Assembly (NCBI GenBank): GCA_964016885.1
Contig: OZ024750.1
Location: 9,238,001-9,302,000, forward strand
Origin: Eledone cirrhosa
Lineage: Eukaryota
Length of the DNA: 64,000 nt
Direction of reading: 5' to 3'
Shown here in pieces: positions 10,563 through 23,700 of the stretch. How positions within the stretch are numbered: the first letter of the stretch is position 1; each line of letters starts with the position of its first letter. Both the position numbers and the translations under genes were made by a program. The notes beneath the pieces were generated by a model that was not told the origin of the DNA, ran no database searches, and saw nothing but the letters and a program-made list of their open reading frames with translations.

Positions 10563-11845
10563 ACAGATCTATAAGGAGCTGAAATACGTTTCACTCTGTG
10601 TCTTGTAGAGACAGATCTATACGGAGCTGAAATGCGTTTCACTCTGTGTCTTGTAGAGACAGATCTATAAGGAGCTGAAATACGTTTCACTCTGTGTCTT
10701 GTAGAGACAGATCTATAAGGAGCTGAAATACGTTTCACTCTGTCTTGTAGAGACAGATCTATAAGGAGCTGAAATACGTTTCACTCTGTGTCTTGTAGAG
10801 ACGGATCTATACGGAGCTGAAATACGTTTCACTCTGTGTCTTGTAGAGACGGATCTATACGGAGCTGAAATGCGTTTCACTCTGTGTCTTGTAGAGACAG
10901 ATCTATAAGGAGCTGAAATACGTTTCACTCTGTGTCTTGTAGAGACAGATCTATAAGGAGCTGAAATACGTTTCACTCTGTGTCTTGTAGAGACAGATCT
11001 ATAAGGAGCTGAAATACGTTTCACTCTGTGTCTTGTAGAGACAGATCTATAAGGAGCTGAAATACGTTTCACTCTGTGTCTTGTAGAGACAGATCTATAA
11101 GGAGCTGAAATACGTTTCACTCTGTGTCTTGTAGAGACAGATCTATAAGGAGCTGAAATACGTTTCACTCTGTGTCTTGTAGAGACAGATCTATACGGAG
11201 CTGAAATACGTTTCACTCTGTGTCTTGTAGAGACAGATCTATAAGGAGCTGAAATACGTTTCACTCTGTGTCTTGTAGAGACAGATCTATAAGGAGCTGA
11301 AATACGTTTCACTCTGTGTCTTGTAGAGACAGATCTATAAGGAGCTGAAATACGTTTCACTCTGTGTCTTGTAGAGACAGATCTATAAGGAGCTGAAATA
11401 CGTTTCACTCTGTGTCTTGTAGAGACAGATCTATAAGGAGCTGAAATACGTTTCACTCTGTGTCTTGTAGAGACAGATCTATAAGGAGCTGAAATACGTT
11501 TCACTCTGTGTCTTGTAGAGACAGATCTATAAGGAGCTGAAATACGTTTCACTCTGTGTCTTGTAGAGACAGATCTATAAGGAGCTGAAATACGTTTCAC
11601 TCTGTGTCTTGTAGAGACAGATCTATAAGGAGCTGAAATACGTTTCACTCTGTGTCTTGTAGAGACAGATCTATAAGGAGCTGAAATACGTTTCACTCTG
11701 TGTCTTGTAGAGACAGATCTATAAGGAGCTGAAATACGTTTCACTCTGTGTCTTGTAGAGACAGATCTATACGGAGCTGAAATACGTTTCACTCTGTGTC
11801 TTGTAGAGACAGATCTATACGGAGCTGAAATACGTTTCACTCTGA
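10563..11845. repeat. 48-bp minisatellite, about 27 copies
   Basis: Unit ACAGATCTATAAGGAGCTGAAATACGTTTCACTCTGTGTCTTGTAGAG; one unit has a 2-bp deletion near 10740. Confidence 0.97.
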
Positions 11846-12719
11846 AAAATGTTATAAATATTTAATTAAAAATTATGAAGCTTAGCATCTGCAACGGAAT
11901 TTAAGGTTTTAGTAGTCTACGTCATTTCCAGACAGAGGGGATTATTAGCGTTCTTTCCTGTATGAAGCTGGTGTTTTGTTTGCACCGAACGAGATTTAAT
12001 TACCATATCTTCATTTGGGTTGTTATTTAGTAATTTCTGTTTTTCTTTTATTAAAGTAAAGCATGCCTAACGTGTGTAGTGAGTCTGTGTCGAAAGTAAA
12101 GAGCGGTTTCGTCATCAGAGGTGTTTGATGTGGGTTATAGATGTGAGGAAAGGTTCCTATATAGCTAAAATCATGTACGCCATATAATGTAGTCATTGCT
12201 ATATGTATTACCGTCACCTTTGCATTATACTGACAAAAGGCCTCACAGTTTGGTTAGAATAAAAAAGATAACAAGTCTACTACTTTACTGACTTTCCTAG
12301 TATTTTACCGATGCCAGAAGTAATGGTGACCTCGGTGGGATTCGAACTCAGAACTTAAGCAACGGTAACAAAATACACTAATGCGTTTTCTAGCGCTCTA
12401 ACTCTGCCAATTCACTTACTTCCGATGTCCGTCATATAGTGAAACAATAGATACATGACTTCATATAATCCCAAACCTCGTCCATACTCTCTCTCTGTAC
12501 CCGGAAAAAAGCCCGTATCTCGGGCACTCGTGCTCCGATTTACGCGTAACTTGTTTTATTCCATTCGTATTCCCATTTCAGGGACATCTTCGTTTCAAAG
12601 TATACGCCCATTATGCGCCGTTTTGGTGGTATTAAATTACAGACAAGCACACAATCACAGAGTTTTAGTACTTGTGACGCTAAACTCCGCCAGTTGCAGA
12701 CTACATATCAACATGTGAT

Positions 12720-13085
12720 ATCTCTCTCCACAAAGTTCGATCACCAGCAGCAGAGTGCGAAGATCAAGTCCAGTCTATAAGTTGACATTATCAAACCATC
12801 GTTTTGGCTGCCGGCCTCTGGTTCTCTTACCAGCCAACCTTCCTTCCGGGCATAACCTACTCACACCACGAGTTAATCTTTTTATATGGCCGTATAGTTT
12901 AAGTACTTTTGACTTGACAATTTATGTAATTGGTCTAAGTTTGGTAATGTTGAGCAGCTCACTGATACAGTGATACAGATACGGTCGAGTTTTAGTACTA
13001 TATAAACTATGGTAATTTTGGTGAACACAGTATGATCGACGGATGGAAGAAAGATGCTTGATTCGTGTGTGACATGAAACATGAT
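12720..13085 (-). mobile_element. RTE-clade LINE 3' fragment
   Basis: KVLKLYGHIKR...EGRLAGKRTRGRQPKRWFDNV. Confidence 0.68.
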
Positions 13086-13685
13086 TTTGAAGATTTGAGA
13101 TTACTGTATCAGTGGTGTCAAAAGAGGTTTATGGTTTAATTTGTGGGTGGGTGATTCCAGGTTAGAAAGTCGGTTATTAAGATTCAAATAATTCAGTAAG
13201 CCACATTTCGTTCGTTGGCTTTACAAATTGCTTAAATGTTGAATATAATTATAAATTCACTTACAAAATTTTATATACATCGAATTCGTGTTTATCTGAC
13301 CAATATACAATCTTCATATTCATAAATGCGACATCATGCCTCGTTTATATTTAATAGCGTCGTATAGTTTTCTCTCTTTCTCTCTCACTTCATCTCACAG
13401 GACAGCATACCGATTAATCTCTTCTTTAAAAATTCTGTTACTTTTCATTCGAACTATGACCCAGTCATTTCTTGTATAGATAAGCCATGTTTGCCACGAT
13501 GTAAGCTAGAACTGAACCAGTTATTTTGAGGGTGATCTGGTCGTTGTGATTGTAGTGTTGGTGGTGCTGGGGTTTGTGGTTGTGGGTAAGGGATCTAATT
13601 CTGGTTCAGCTAATGATAGGGATGTTGTATCTATGCATATTAATATTTACACTTACGATAAGGCTTGTGAGTTTGTATGCGCGCG

Positions 13686-13744
13686 CACGCACACACACGC
13701 ACACATAGATACACACAGATACACACACAGATACACATAGATAT

Positions 13745-13775
<31 letters not shown>

Positions 13776-14260
13776 GATACACACATACACACACATATAT
13801 ATAGATACACACACACACACATATATATAGATACACACACACACACTTATATATAGATACACACACACACACACTTATATATAGATACACACACACACAC
13901 ATATATATAGATACACACACACACACACGCACATATATATATATATAGATATACACACATATATATATATATAGATATACACACATATATATATATATAT
14001 AGATATACACACATATATATATATATATAGATATACACACATATATATATATATAGATATACACACATATATATATATATAGATATACACACATATATAT
14101 ATATATAGATATACACACATATATATATATATATAGATATACACACATATATATATATATATAGATATACACACATATATATATATATATATATATAGAT
14201 ATACACACATATATATATATATATATAGATATACACATATATATATATATGTATACACAC
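13686..14260. repeat. Compound (CA)/(TA) microsatellite
   Basis: Direct inspection. Confidence 0.9.
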
Positions 14261-14717
14261 ATTCACTACGACTCAATGTTCATTTGCAGGAGAGACATTC
14301 AGATTTTAACATTACAAAAAGCTGGGAACGTGGAGTGAAGTGTATTAAGAGAGTATGTTCACCTGAGAGATAATAAACAAAACAAGGATTAGTACCCACT
14401 TCTATTCAATATCGATTGTCTTTCTGTTACCTTCATCTATATCTCTAGCAAGTTAAGGACGATTGTTTTTGTGGACATATGAGGAATTGATATCTAAATT
14501 TCGTTACAAAAATATATTTCAAGTACGTTATAAAATATATATTTAAAGTGTTATAAAAAAATACATCTCAAGTACGTTATAAAATATATATTTCTCTTAT
14601 ATAATTTAAATACTTTTCATGTTTTTTTTGTTTTTTTAAAATATATTTTATATTTATTTATTTAGTTATTTATTTTGTTTTAAGTGGTATTTGATTATGT
14701 TCTTGTATTGATATCTA

Positions 14718-14792
<75 letters not shown>

Positions 14793-14989
14793 ATCACTGA
14801 TGGACTAACTTTATTCATATGTAACCCGTTAGCAACCCCGCAGCACGTTTTTCTCATATTTACACATATTTTTTTCGCCGCTGTTACACGTCTATTTCGT
14901 TCTTACTGCTTCCTCTTTCTCTGTATCTTTACCCTCTCTAGCAGTCACACTCTCTGCTAGCCTCTTCCTCACCCTTCACTCACTCATTC

Positions 14990-15057
14990 TGTTACTACCT
15001 CTCCTCCTCCCCCTTCTTCCCGTTTGGGAAGAAGGGGGAGGAGGAGAGGTAGTAACA
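14990..15057. repeat. Perfect 32-bp-arm hairpin with GTTT loop
   Basis: TGTTACTACCTCTCCTCCTCCCCCTTCTTCCC-gttt-GGGAAGAAGGGGGAGGAGGAGAGGTAGTAACA. Confidence 0.9.
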
Positions 15058-15278
15058 AATGTTACCTAGGTCAACAATGTCTTTCCTCCTTCCAAGATCG
15101 ATAAAATATATTAAAATACTCTCTTCCCTTTAAATGTGTGGTCATTTAAGAAATGATCACTACTCTTATAGTTTATATAATTTCCAATACGAAGACGCTT
15201 TCTTTTTCTTGAAGTATGGCCTTGACACAGTATCTTATATGATTTGTTTCTTCTCTTTCTTTGCAGAATTTATCCCAT

Positions 15279-15843
15279 ATGGAGGAAGAATATAGTACAG
15301 AAGATGCTGCTAAAGACGATCAAAATTGTAATTCAGAGCCACTAAATTCAAGCCACTCCGAAACACTGCTTTCAGAATCAAATACATTATCTACTACTTG
15401 CAACATTGTAGCTCACAAGTCAGTATCTACTGTTACACATCCAGATATCGGTGATATTGATCCTGATTTTCGATGTGGAATCGGAACTTTCCATCCAAAG
15501 TACTTACAATATTTTAGAAATATCTACTCCTTCATATTTTTCTATGGTGGTCCTGCTCTAGTCACATCAACACTTTCAATTTATATCGTATCTCAAATTA
15601 CAGCAATTGAACGACAGTTCGGTTTCTCCAGTGCCAATAGTGGCTTTCTTCTTGCTTGCAATGATATAGGCTTTCTTAGCACAGTTCTGCTCGTCAGTTA
15701 CTGTTTTCGCAATAAAAATATTCCACGTGTTTTAGCTGGTGGTACATTTGTTTTTGGTATCTCTGGTCTTTTATGTGCTTCGCCATTTTTATTGGATTCT
15801 TCAGCAATAACAGATGAACATCTTCAACATAAACCCAACAATG
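15279..15843 (+). CDS. SLCO: SLCO paralog 2 coding exon 1 (acceptor at 15266 implies an upstream 5' UTR exon)
   Basis: ttgcag|aatttatcccatATGGAGGAA; MEEEY...CGIGTFHPKYLQ...IERQFGFSSANSGFL; donor AATG|gtatc. Confidence 0.9.
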
Positions 15844-17000
15844 GTATCAAATCTACGTTATTGTTGTTATATTATTATTGTTACTACTACTACTACAGTA
15901 TCGGTAGAGGGTTGGACGCCATGCCTTTCAGCATAGAGTTACGCCCCTTTTCGTTCTGAGTTCAAATCCCGCCGAGGTTAACTTTGCCTTTTATCTTTAT
16001 GGGGTCGGTAAAATAAAGTACCAGTCACGCACTGGGGTCGACTTAATCGACTTTCCTCTCCTCCCAAATTGCTGGTCTTGTGCCTAATATAAGAAGTGGA
16101 TTGGCAATATCGGTAGAGGGTCGGACGCCACGCTTTCCAGCATAGTTACGTCCCTTTACGATCTGAGTTCAAATCCCGCCGAGGTTGACTTTGCCTTTCA
16201 TCCTTACGGGGTCGATAAAATAAAGTACCAGTAATGCATTGTGTAATTGCTGGCCATGTGCCTAAAGTAGAAACAATTATTATTAATGTTGTTGTTGTTG
16301 TTACTTTTATATCTGTCATTGATGTTATTTAACCAGAAAATTTGCCCTAATGAACATCAAGCCGCTACATGCAGCCTCAGATATTCAGAAAATATCGTTA
16401 AAGGGTCCTTGCTGTTCCCAGTAGGCATGCCTTCATTATTATTATTATTATGACAGTATCGGTAAGGGTCGGACGCCATGCTTTGACGTATAGAGTTACG
16501 GCCCTTGCCATTCTGAGTTCAAATCCCGCCGAGGTTAACTTTGCCTTTCATCCTTACGGGGTCGATAAAATAAAGTACCAGTAATACACTGGGATAATTG
16601 CTGGCCTTGTGCCAAAAGTAGAAACAATTATTATGACAGAACCAATAGAGAGTTGAATAAATGCTTTGTAGTTTCCGTTCCGATATTTGTTGAGTTTAAA
16701 TCCTTCTTGAGTCAAACCTGATTTCTGTCTTTGACAAAATAATCAACTACTGAGGTAGATATAATCAACTGTTTCCTCCCTCAAAGGTAGATATAATCAA
16801 CTGTTTCCTCCCTCAAAGGTAGATATAATCAACTGTTTCCTCCCTCAAAGGTAGATATAATCAACTGTTTCCTCCCTCAAAGGTAGATATAATCAACTGT
16901 TTCCTCCCTCAAAATGCCTGGTCTTGTATTTATGCAAGAAAACAATATATTCTTGTTTTACTGACGTATGTATATTTTTGACTTCTTTTGCTGTTTTTAA

Positions 17001-17054
<54 letters not shown>

Positions 17055-17306
17055 CAGAACATAGTAATCGTACAGAAGAAGCCCTTTACATGTGTATTGA
17101 GAAGACAGAAACCGTAATAAAAAAGGATACAGCTTCACCAACAAATTTCGGAGCCCTGTCAATCATCGCAATAGGAATGATTTTACAAGGAATGGGCAAA
17201 TCAGTTAGAACACCATTGATAACTATATATGTTGATAACAACGTGAAGAAAACAAAAACTGGGAAGTTTATGGGTAATTGAGTCTCTTTCTCTCTCTTTC
17301 TCTCTC

Positions 17307-17352
<46 letters not shown>

Positions 17353-17705
17353 TATAAATATTAATAAAATAGATGTTCTTTTGATCAATTACATTTTATT
17401 ATACATATTTCGGATGTACAACAGTACGTCCTCATCAGACAAAATATGAGATGTTAAATGATTAAGATTAATCAAGGTAGTGATTAACCTAAGAAAATTT
17501 AACATATATACCCTAATTATGAGAAAACGATGAGAACGTACTGTTGTACATCCGAAATATGTATAATAAAATGTAATTGATCAAAAGAACATCTATTTTA
17601 TTATTTATATTTTAATATTAACTCCGGAAAATTATTTTTCGTAGAGTGCTTCCAATCTACTGTAAAACTCATTCTTTGACATACTCATGGAATATTGTTT
17701 AACAC

Positions 17706-17759
<54 letters not shown>

Positions 17760-20700
17760 CTCTAAAAGTTTGCTTTATTGAAGCGTTTCCTCTCTGTCCA
17801 CCTCCACCTCTCCCTCTTTCACCCTTACTATCTAACCCCCCTCCCCCTCTCTCTCTCTGTATGTTGCTTTTTATTTATCTATTTCTGTGTATTTTTTAAA
17901 CATATACTGATGTTTCTTGTTTGTCTGGATAAACACAGACAAAAATATTGCATCGTCAAGTATGAAATTTATAGAAATTTGTTTTGTTTTGTTTTCTAGA
18001 AATTTCTACAAATTTCATACTTGACGACCCAATATTTCCATTCGAAAGACGAATAATGTGAGAGAATGGTCAAGAAAATATACATAAAGGGAAACAATAA
18101 ATGATATTGTTTCCTGATGAGATATCAATAAATATTTAGTAAACTCGATGATTGGAAAGGGAAAATATTTTCCGTTCGTATCAGTCCACAAGCTAATTGA
18201 AGTATACTGTTGGAATCTCGCTATTGACCAGTAATATAATTGTTTCTACCTTTGGCACAAGGCTAGCAATTACCCAGTGTATTACTGGTACTTTATTTTA
18301 TCGAGCCCGTAAGAATGAAAGGCAAAGTTAACCTCGATGGGATTTGAACTCAGAATGGCAAGGGCCGTAACTCTATGCGTCAAAGCATGGCGTCCGACCC
18401 TCTACCGATACTGCCAATCCCTCGCCATTATTGACCAGTAATATAATGGTTTCTAATCTAGGCCCAAGGTCAGCAATTTTGGGGGAGAGAAAAGTCGATT
18501 AAATCGACACCAGTGCATGACTGGTACTTTATTGTATCGCCCCGTAAGTATGAAAGGCAAAGCTAATCTCGGTGATAAAATGGTTTCTAACCTAGGAACA
18601 AGGCCAGCAATTTTGAGGAAGGGGAAAGTCGATTAAATTGACACCAATGCGTAACTGGTACTTTATTTTATCGACCCCGTAATGATGAAAGTCAAAGCTA
18701 ACCTCGGCGGAGTTTTAGTGCCACATTATACCAATCTCTAGTTACTACTATAATCACTTATCAAGATATTCAATTCTTTGTTTAAAACTCTATTGTTGGC
18801 GTGATATTCTTCTATTTTTATTAAATTTATTTTCTTTTAATGTTTTAGGTATTATTACAGCCATTGGAATATTTGGTCCGGCCGTATCGTTTTCGTTAGC
18901 TACAGTTTTCAGCCGCTTGCATTTTTCACTCAAAGGTAACCGTAGTCTCACTGGTTTAATTTGTTCACTCAATCGCACAATTGTCAAATGTAACGTGGAT
19001 TGCAATATAAGCTCTTTCGTTTTGACTGCCTGTCACATGTTTCACTCTCTTCCATTCTCTCTCTATGACAAGTCCCTAGAGTTAGCTCTGACTAGTCCCT
19101 AGAGTTAGCTCTGACTAGTCCCTAGAGTTACCTCTATGACGAGATCTTGCGTTATAATTTACGGTTCTTATTTGTAACCAACACTGTCATGTTTATTTTC
19201 TCCTCTTGCAGATGTTACTATAACTCCGGAGGATCCACGGTGGATCGGTGCTTGGTGGCTGGGATTCCTATGTTTTGGTGGTGCATCAATATTTCTTTGC
19301 ATACCATTATTGTTCTTTCCGAAACGATTGCCACGGAAAAGCAATGATGAAGGTAAGATAATTGAGATGACGGAAATTACACAAAAAAAGAAAGAAAAAA
19401 AGGACTTTAACAAGGGAAATGTCATCAAATATATTAAAGGTTAGTTGTTTTTTTTTCTTTTTTTTTTTTTTCCTAAAATCGTTTTCTGGTTTCGTTTTAC
19501 TTTTCACGTTTCCCAAGCATAAATCATACATACATGCAACCATACATACATACATGGTGGCTGTCAACTTGTTTTCGAGTACGGCCACTACTTTATATCC
19601 ATGTAGGAGAACCCCTACCGATGCGCTGAACGAGTGTGACTTTTTAGTCCAGCCAGCGACTTGAAAACTCTGGTACAAACACTACACTTGTGACAATTAT
19701 TGACACACAGTGCTGGGCCCATGGTACCATGTGACAAGTGCAGAGAGATCTCCAGATATAAAGCAATGCCTGTGCCGTGAAGCTTTTATAGTGAGCAAAG
19801 GCACTGCACAAAGCCAGTCCCACTCTCTTGACCAAGATGATATTTACCAAAATACATACATACATACATACATACGGGCACACATACATACGGGCATACA
19901 TATATACACATACACACATACATACATACATACATGCATGTGTGTATGCATTCAGTCGTCAGAACGTCGGATAGAATGCTTTCTGCTATCTGCGTTCAAA
20001 TCCAGTCGAGGTCAACTTTGCCTTTCATCCATTCAAGTAGTGTGGGTCCACTCTCTCTCTGTGTCTCTGTCTGTCTCTCTGTCTCTCTGTCTCTCTCGCT
20101 TCCATTCTGTCTCTGTCTCTCTCTGTCTCTCTCGCTTCCATTCTCTCTCTCTCTCTCTCGCTTCCATTCTCTCTCTCTCTCTCTCTCTCACTCTCTCTCT
20201 CTCTCTCTCTCATATCTGGAAGAAATCTATATTCAGACCTGGAGAGAAGCTGGGCTCTGCCATGTTTTAAAATGCCCTAGAAATGTCATTACCGCGCCCC
20301 TACGACTCTCTCACGAGTTACGGGACCATGCTTGCAAACGCTGCGAGGGGGCTAAAAAATAGCCAAGGCCTCATAAGATAACGCATACAAATCTAAATAG
20401 GATAAAAATAAAAACAGATTTCTATGAACCAATAAAAGTATTAAGTATTTTACCCCACAAAAACACAAACCATTCCAATGTATTTTTATTTCTAAAATAA
20501 TTCAATTTGGTTTTCTTTTACAGATTATTTCCAATGTCTTCGACGTATATGTGGCAATAAAAGTTTCATGTTTCTTGTATGTGGCGTCACCTCGAACATT
20601 GTGGCTGTTGGAGGAGTTTCTGCATTCGGGGCGAAATATATTGAAACACAATACCATCTCCCCGCTTGGAAATCAAATGCAGTTTTAGGTAGGTATTTTT

Positions 20701-23700
20701 TAAAAGGATTTTAATTGCTAGAAGGGGTCTAAATTATTTAACAACTTGGGCGGTGGATTGGCAGTATCGGTAGAGGGTCGGACGCCATTCTTTGCAGCAT
20801 AGTTACGTCCCTTTACGGACTGAGTTCAAATGCCGCCAAAGTTAACTTTGCCTTTCATCCTTACGGGGTCGATAAAATAAAGTACCAGTAATGTACTGGG
20901 TTATTGCTGGCCTTGTGCCAAAAGTAGAAACAATTATTTAAGAACTTTCACACACCGAGTTTCCTGCATCTGTTTGTTTATCTATCTATCCCCCTTTGTA
21001 TTTGTCCCCTTCTTTTGTGCCCCTGTGGCTAATAAACATATATCACCTTCTAATGTACAAATGTGTGTGTCTCTGTGTGTGTGTATGTATGTATGTGTGT
21101 GTGTGTTTGTGTATCTATCTTTCTATGTAACTCCGTCTGCCTATCTATCTTTATCTATCTATCTATCTATCTATCTAATCTATCTATCCATCTCTCTCTC
21201 CATCTATAGATCTATCTATCTATCTATCTGTCTGTCTATTTATTTACCAATTTCAGGAGCGACCAACTTGTTTGCGTTATCTGGTGGGACCCTGATTGGT
21301 GGTTTACTTACATCAAAAGCAAAGATGTCCGCGAGAGGGTGTTTGATTTTCATAACCGTCAGTTATTTTGGTGTTGCTATTCTTGGCATGTTGAATTTGA
21401 TAACTGGTTGTGACAGTATCCCAATGGTTGGACCACATAACATTCCAAACAGGTAGCTCATACACATACATACGTACAGATAAGGCGGTGGCTTGGCAGC
21501 ATCGGTAGAGCGTCAGACACCATGCTTTGCAGCATAGTTAAGGCTCTTTACGTTCTGCTTTAAAATCCCGCCGAAGTTAACTTTGCCTTTCATCTTTACA
21601 GGGTCAATAAAATAAAGTACCAGTAATGCACTGGGGTAATTGCTGGCCTATGTTTTGTTAAAGGTTTATAATTAGGTAAAAACTTTACGCTTACCTTGAA
21701 TATCATTTACTTCTATAGAGCCACATTTCCTAATGGTACCTTAATTCCTGACTGTAAAGAAGCCTGTTCTTGTAAAGATACGAAATATCTGCCAATTTGT
21801 AGTGGAAGTGGGATTAATTACTTTTCACCTTGTTATGCTGGATGTCACAGTAAAAATGAAACTGTAAGTATATATATATATATATATATATGTCTTTTAG
21901 TGATGATATCTTAGTATCAGCTTTTTTTTGTCCCACTTCTAGAGCCAGCACCTGGGTATTTAGTGCCCTACAATGTGTACCGCCTTCTCCAAGACCTGCA
22001 CCCATTCCATTCAAATATAATAATATCATGTAGTTTGGTAAACTAACGAACTTGGTTTTTGACACTTCTTTCTCTGATCACCCTAAGGAAATTACTAATC
22101 CTGCCTTTTCGATTACACAGTTCACATTCACCCATGCCAATTCCTGTGACAGGTCATAACATCTTATGACCCACCCCGCCGTTTTGAATATCCCCACAAC
22201 GTTGCCATGGCAGCAAAGATATGTACCTGCTACTTGTTGGTTAAACATCTTTTTTTCAGTTAAATATCAACGTAGCCAGTAAACTTTCTTTACGTTAATC
22301 GAGTACTTTCTATATTTCCTCTTTCTAGACATATAACGATTGCAGGTGCATTTTTAATGCAACAAATGCAGTCCCTGAGATCTGTGAAACCGGCTGCAAT
22401 GTCATCTATTACGCAATATTGATCAGTCTGAAATCATTCTTTGGAACCATGAAGATAGTACCATACTATATCAGTGTCATTCGGTAAACATTATAATTTT
22501 GTTTTTGATTCTATTTTTTAAGGCAAAACCTTCTATTTATTAAACAAAAGTTATATACAATGATAGAAATATTAAAGAAGGATGACAACAAAATTAAGTA
22601 ATGAAAAACAGGGAGAAGGGATAAAGAAGGGCAGATCTGGCTGTAAAGGAAAGGACTATCGACAGTCGATCGACTTTCATCAAATCGGACCGAGGAAATG
22701 TTTCCATTGGTCTTTCCAGTTGCTAATACTATCTATCGGTCGCAACTCCAGGTAGGAGCAACGTGAAATAAAGTCTTGCTCAAGGACATAATGTATCACC
22801 CGCTCCGGGAATTGAACTCACAACCTCATAATTGCGAATCTAATTCTCTTACCACTCAGCCACGTCCTGAGAAAGGATTATAAATGCCATAAATGAGAAG
22901 AAAATGAGGGAAAGGAGCAAGGACTATAGGTGAAGGGCATAGACTATTAGGCATCGGAAGAAAGAGGGGGGGGGTGACAGAATCTACACCTTGGTTGGGG
23001 CCGTGTTTCGGTTGCATACCGCAAACAAAATTGCAAAGGCATTTCCGCGGACAATGGCCAGCGACACCCACTGCAACAGCCACCCCACCTCATGGGGATT
23101 CAATGTAACATTTCCAATAAAATAAAATTTATAGAAGCAATGTTTAAGAAATAATTGTTAGTGTACTATCAATAATTGTTTCTACTTTTGGCACAAGGCC
23201 AGCAATTACCCAGTACATTACTGGTACTTCATTTTATCGACCCCCGAAAGGATGAAAGGCAAAGTTAACCTCGGCGGGATTTGAACTCAGTCCGTAAAGG
23301 GACGTAACTATGCTGGAAAGCATGGCGTCCGACCCTCTACCGATACTGCCAATCCACCGCCCTTGGTGTATTATTTAGAAATTATTGTTGATGGTGTACT
23401 ATCAATAATTGTTTCTACTTTAGGCACAAGGCCAGCAATTACCAGTGCATTACTGGTACTTTATTTTATCGATCCCGTAAGGATGAAAGGCAAAGTCAAC
23501 CTCGGCGGGATTTGAACTCAGATCGTAAAGGGACGTAACTATGCTGGAAAGCATGGCGTCCGACCCTCTACCGTGAACTATCAATAATAATTTCTAAATA
23601 GGTTTCCAGAGACTTTTGTATGGGAATCTATTAACATATCTCCCGGCGTCGAAGAGCTACTTTTTTTCCTAAAATTAGTCTAAAAAATCTATGTGCCCTG

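Noticed and set aside
10713-11840. 375-aa repetitive ORF, or a CRISPR-like array
   Set aside because: Head-to-tail 48-bp units with no unique spacers and no cas genes in a eukaryotic context; the ORF follows from the unit length being a multiple of 3.
15844-15959. Extension of the 232-aa ORF beyond 15843
   Set aside because: Read-through into intron (TAT/TAC repeats and a SINE); the in-frame splice to 17058 restores OATP homology.
18100-18170. CTGATGA as a further hammerhead next to the inverted repeat at 17943-18037
   Set aside because: No GAAA at the base of a convincing stem II; at best a heavily decayed relic.
20748-20840. tRNA gene calls for the A/B-box heads (also at 48023)
   Set aside because: No complete cloverleaf, and the heads are always attached to SINE bodies.
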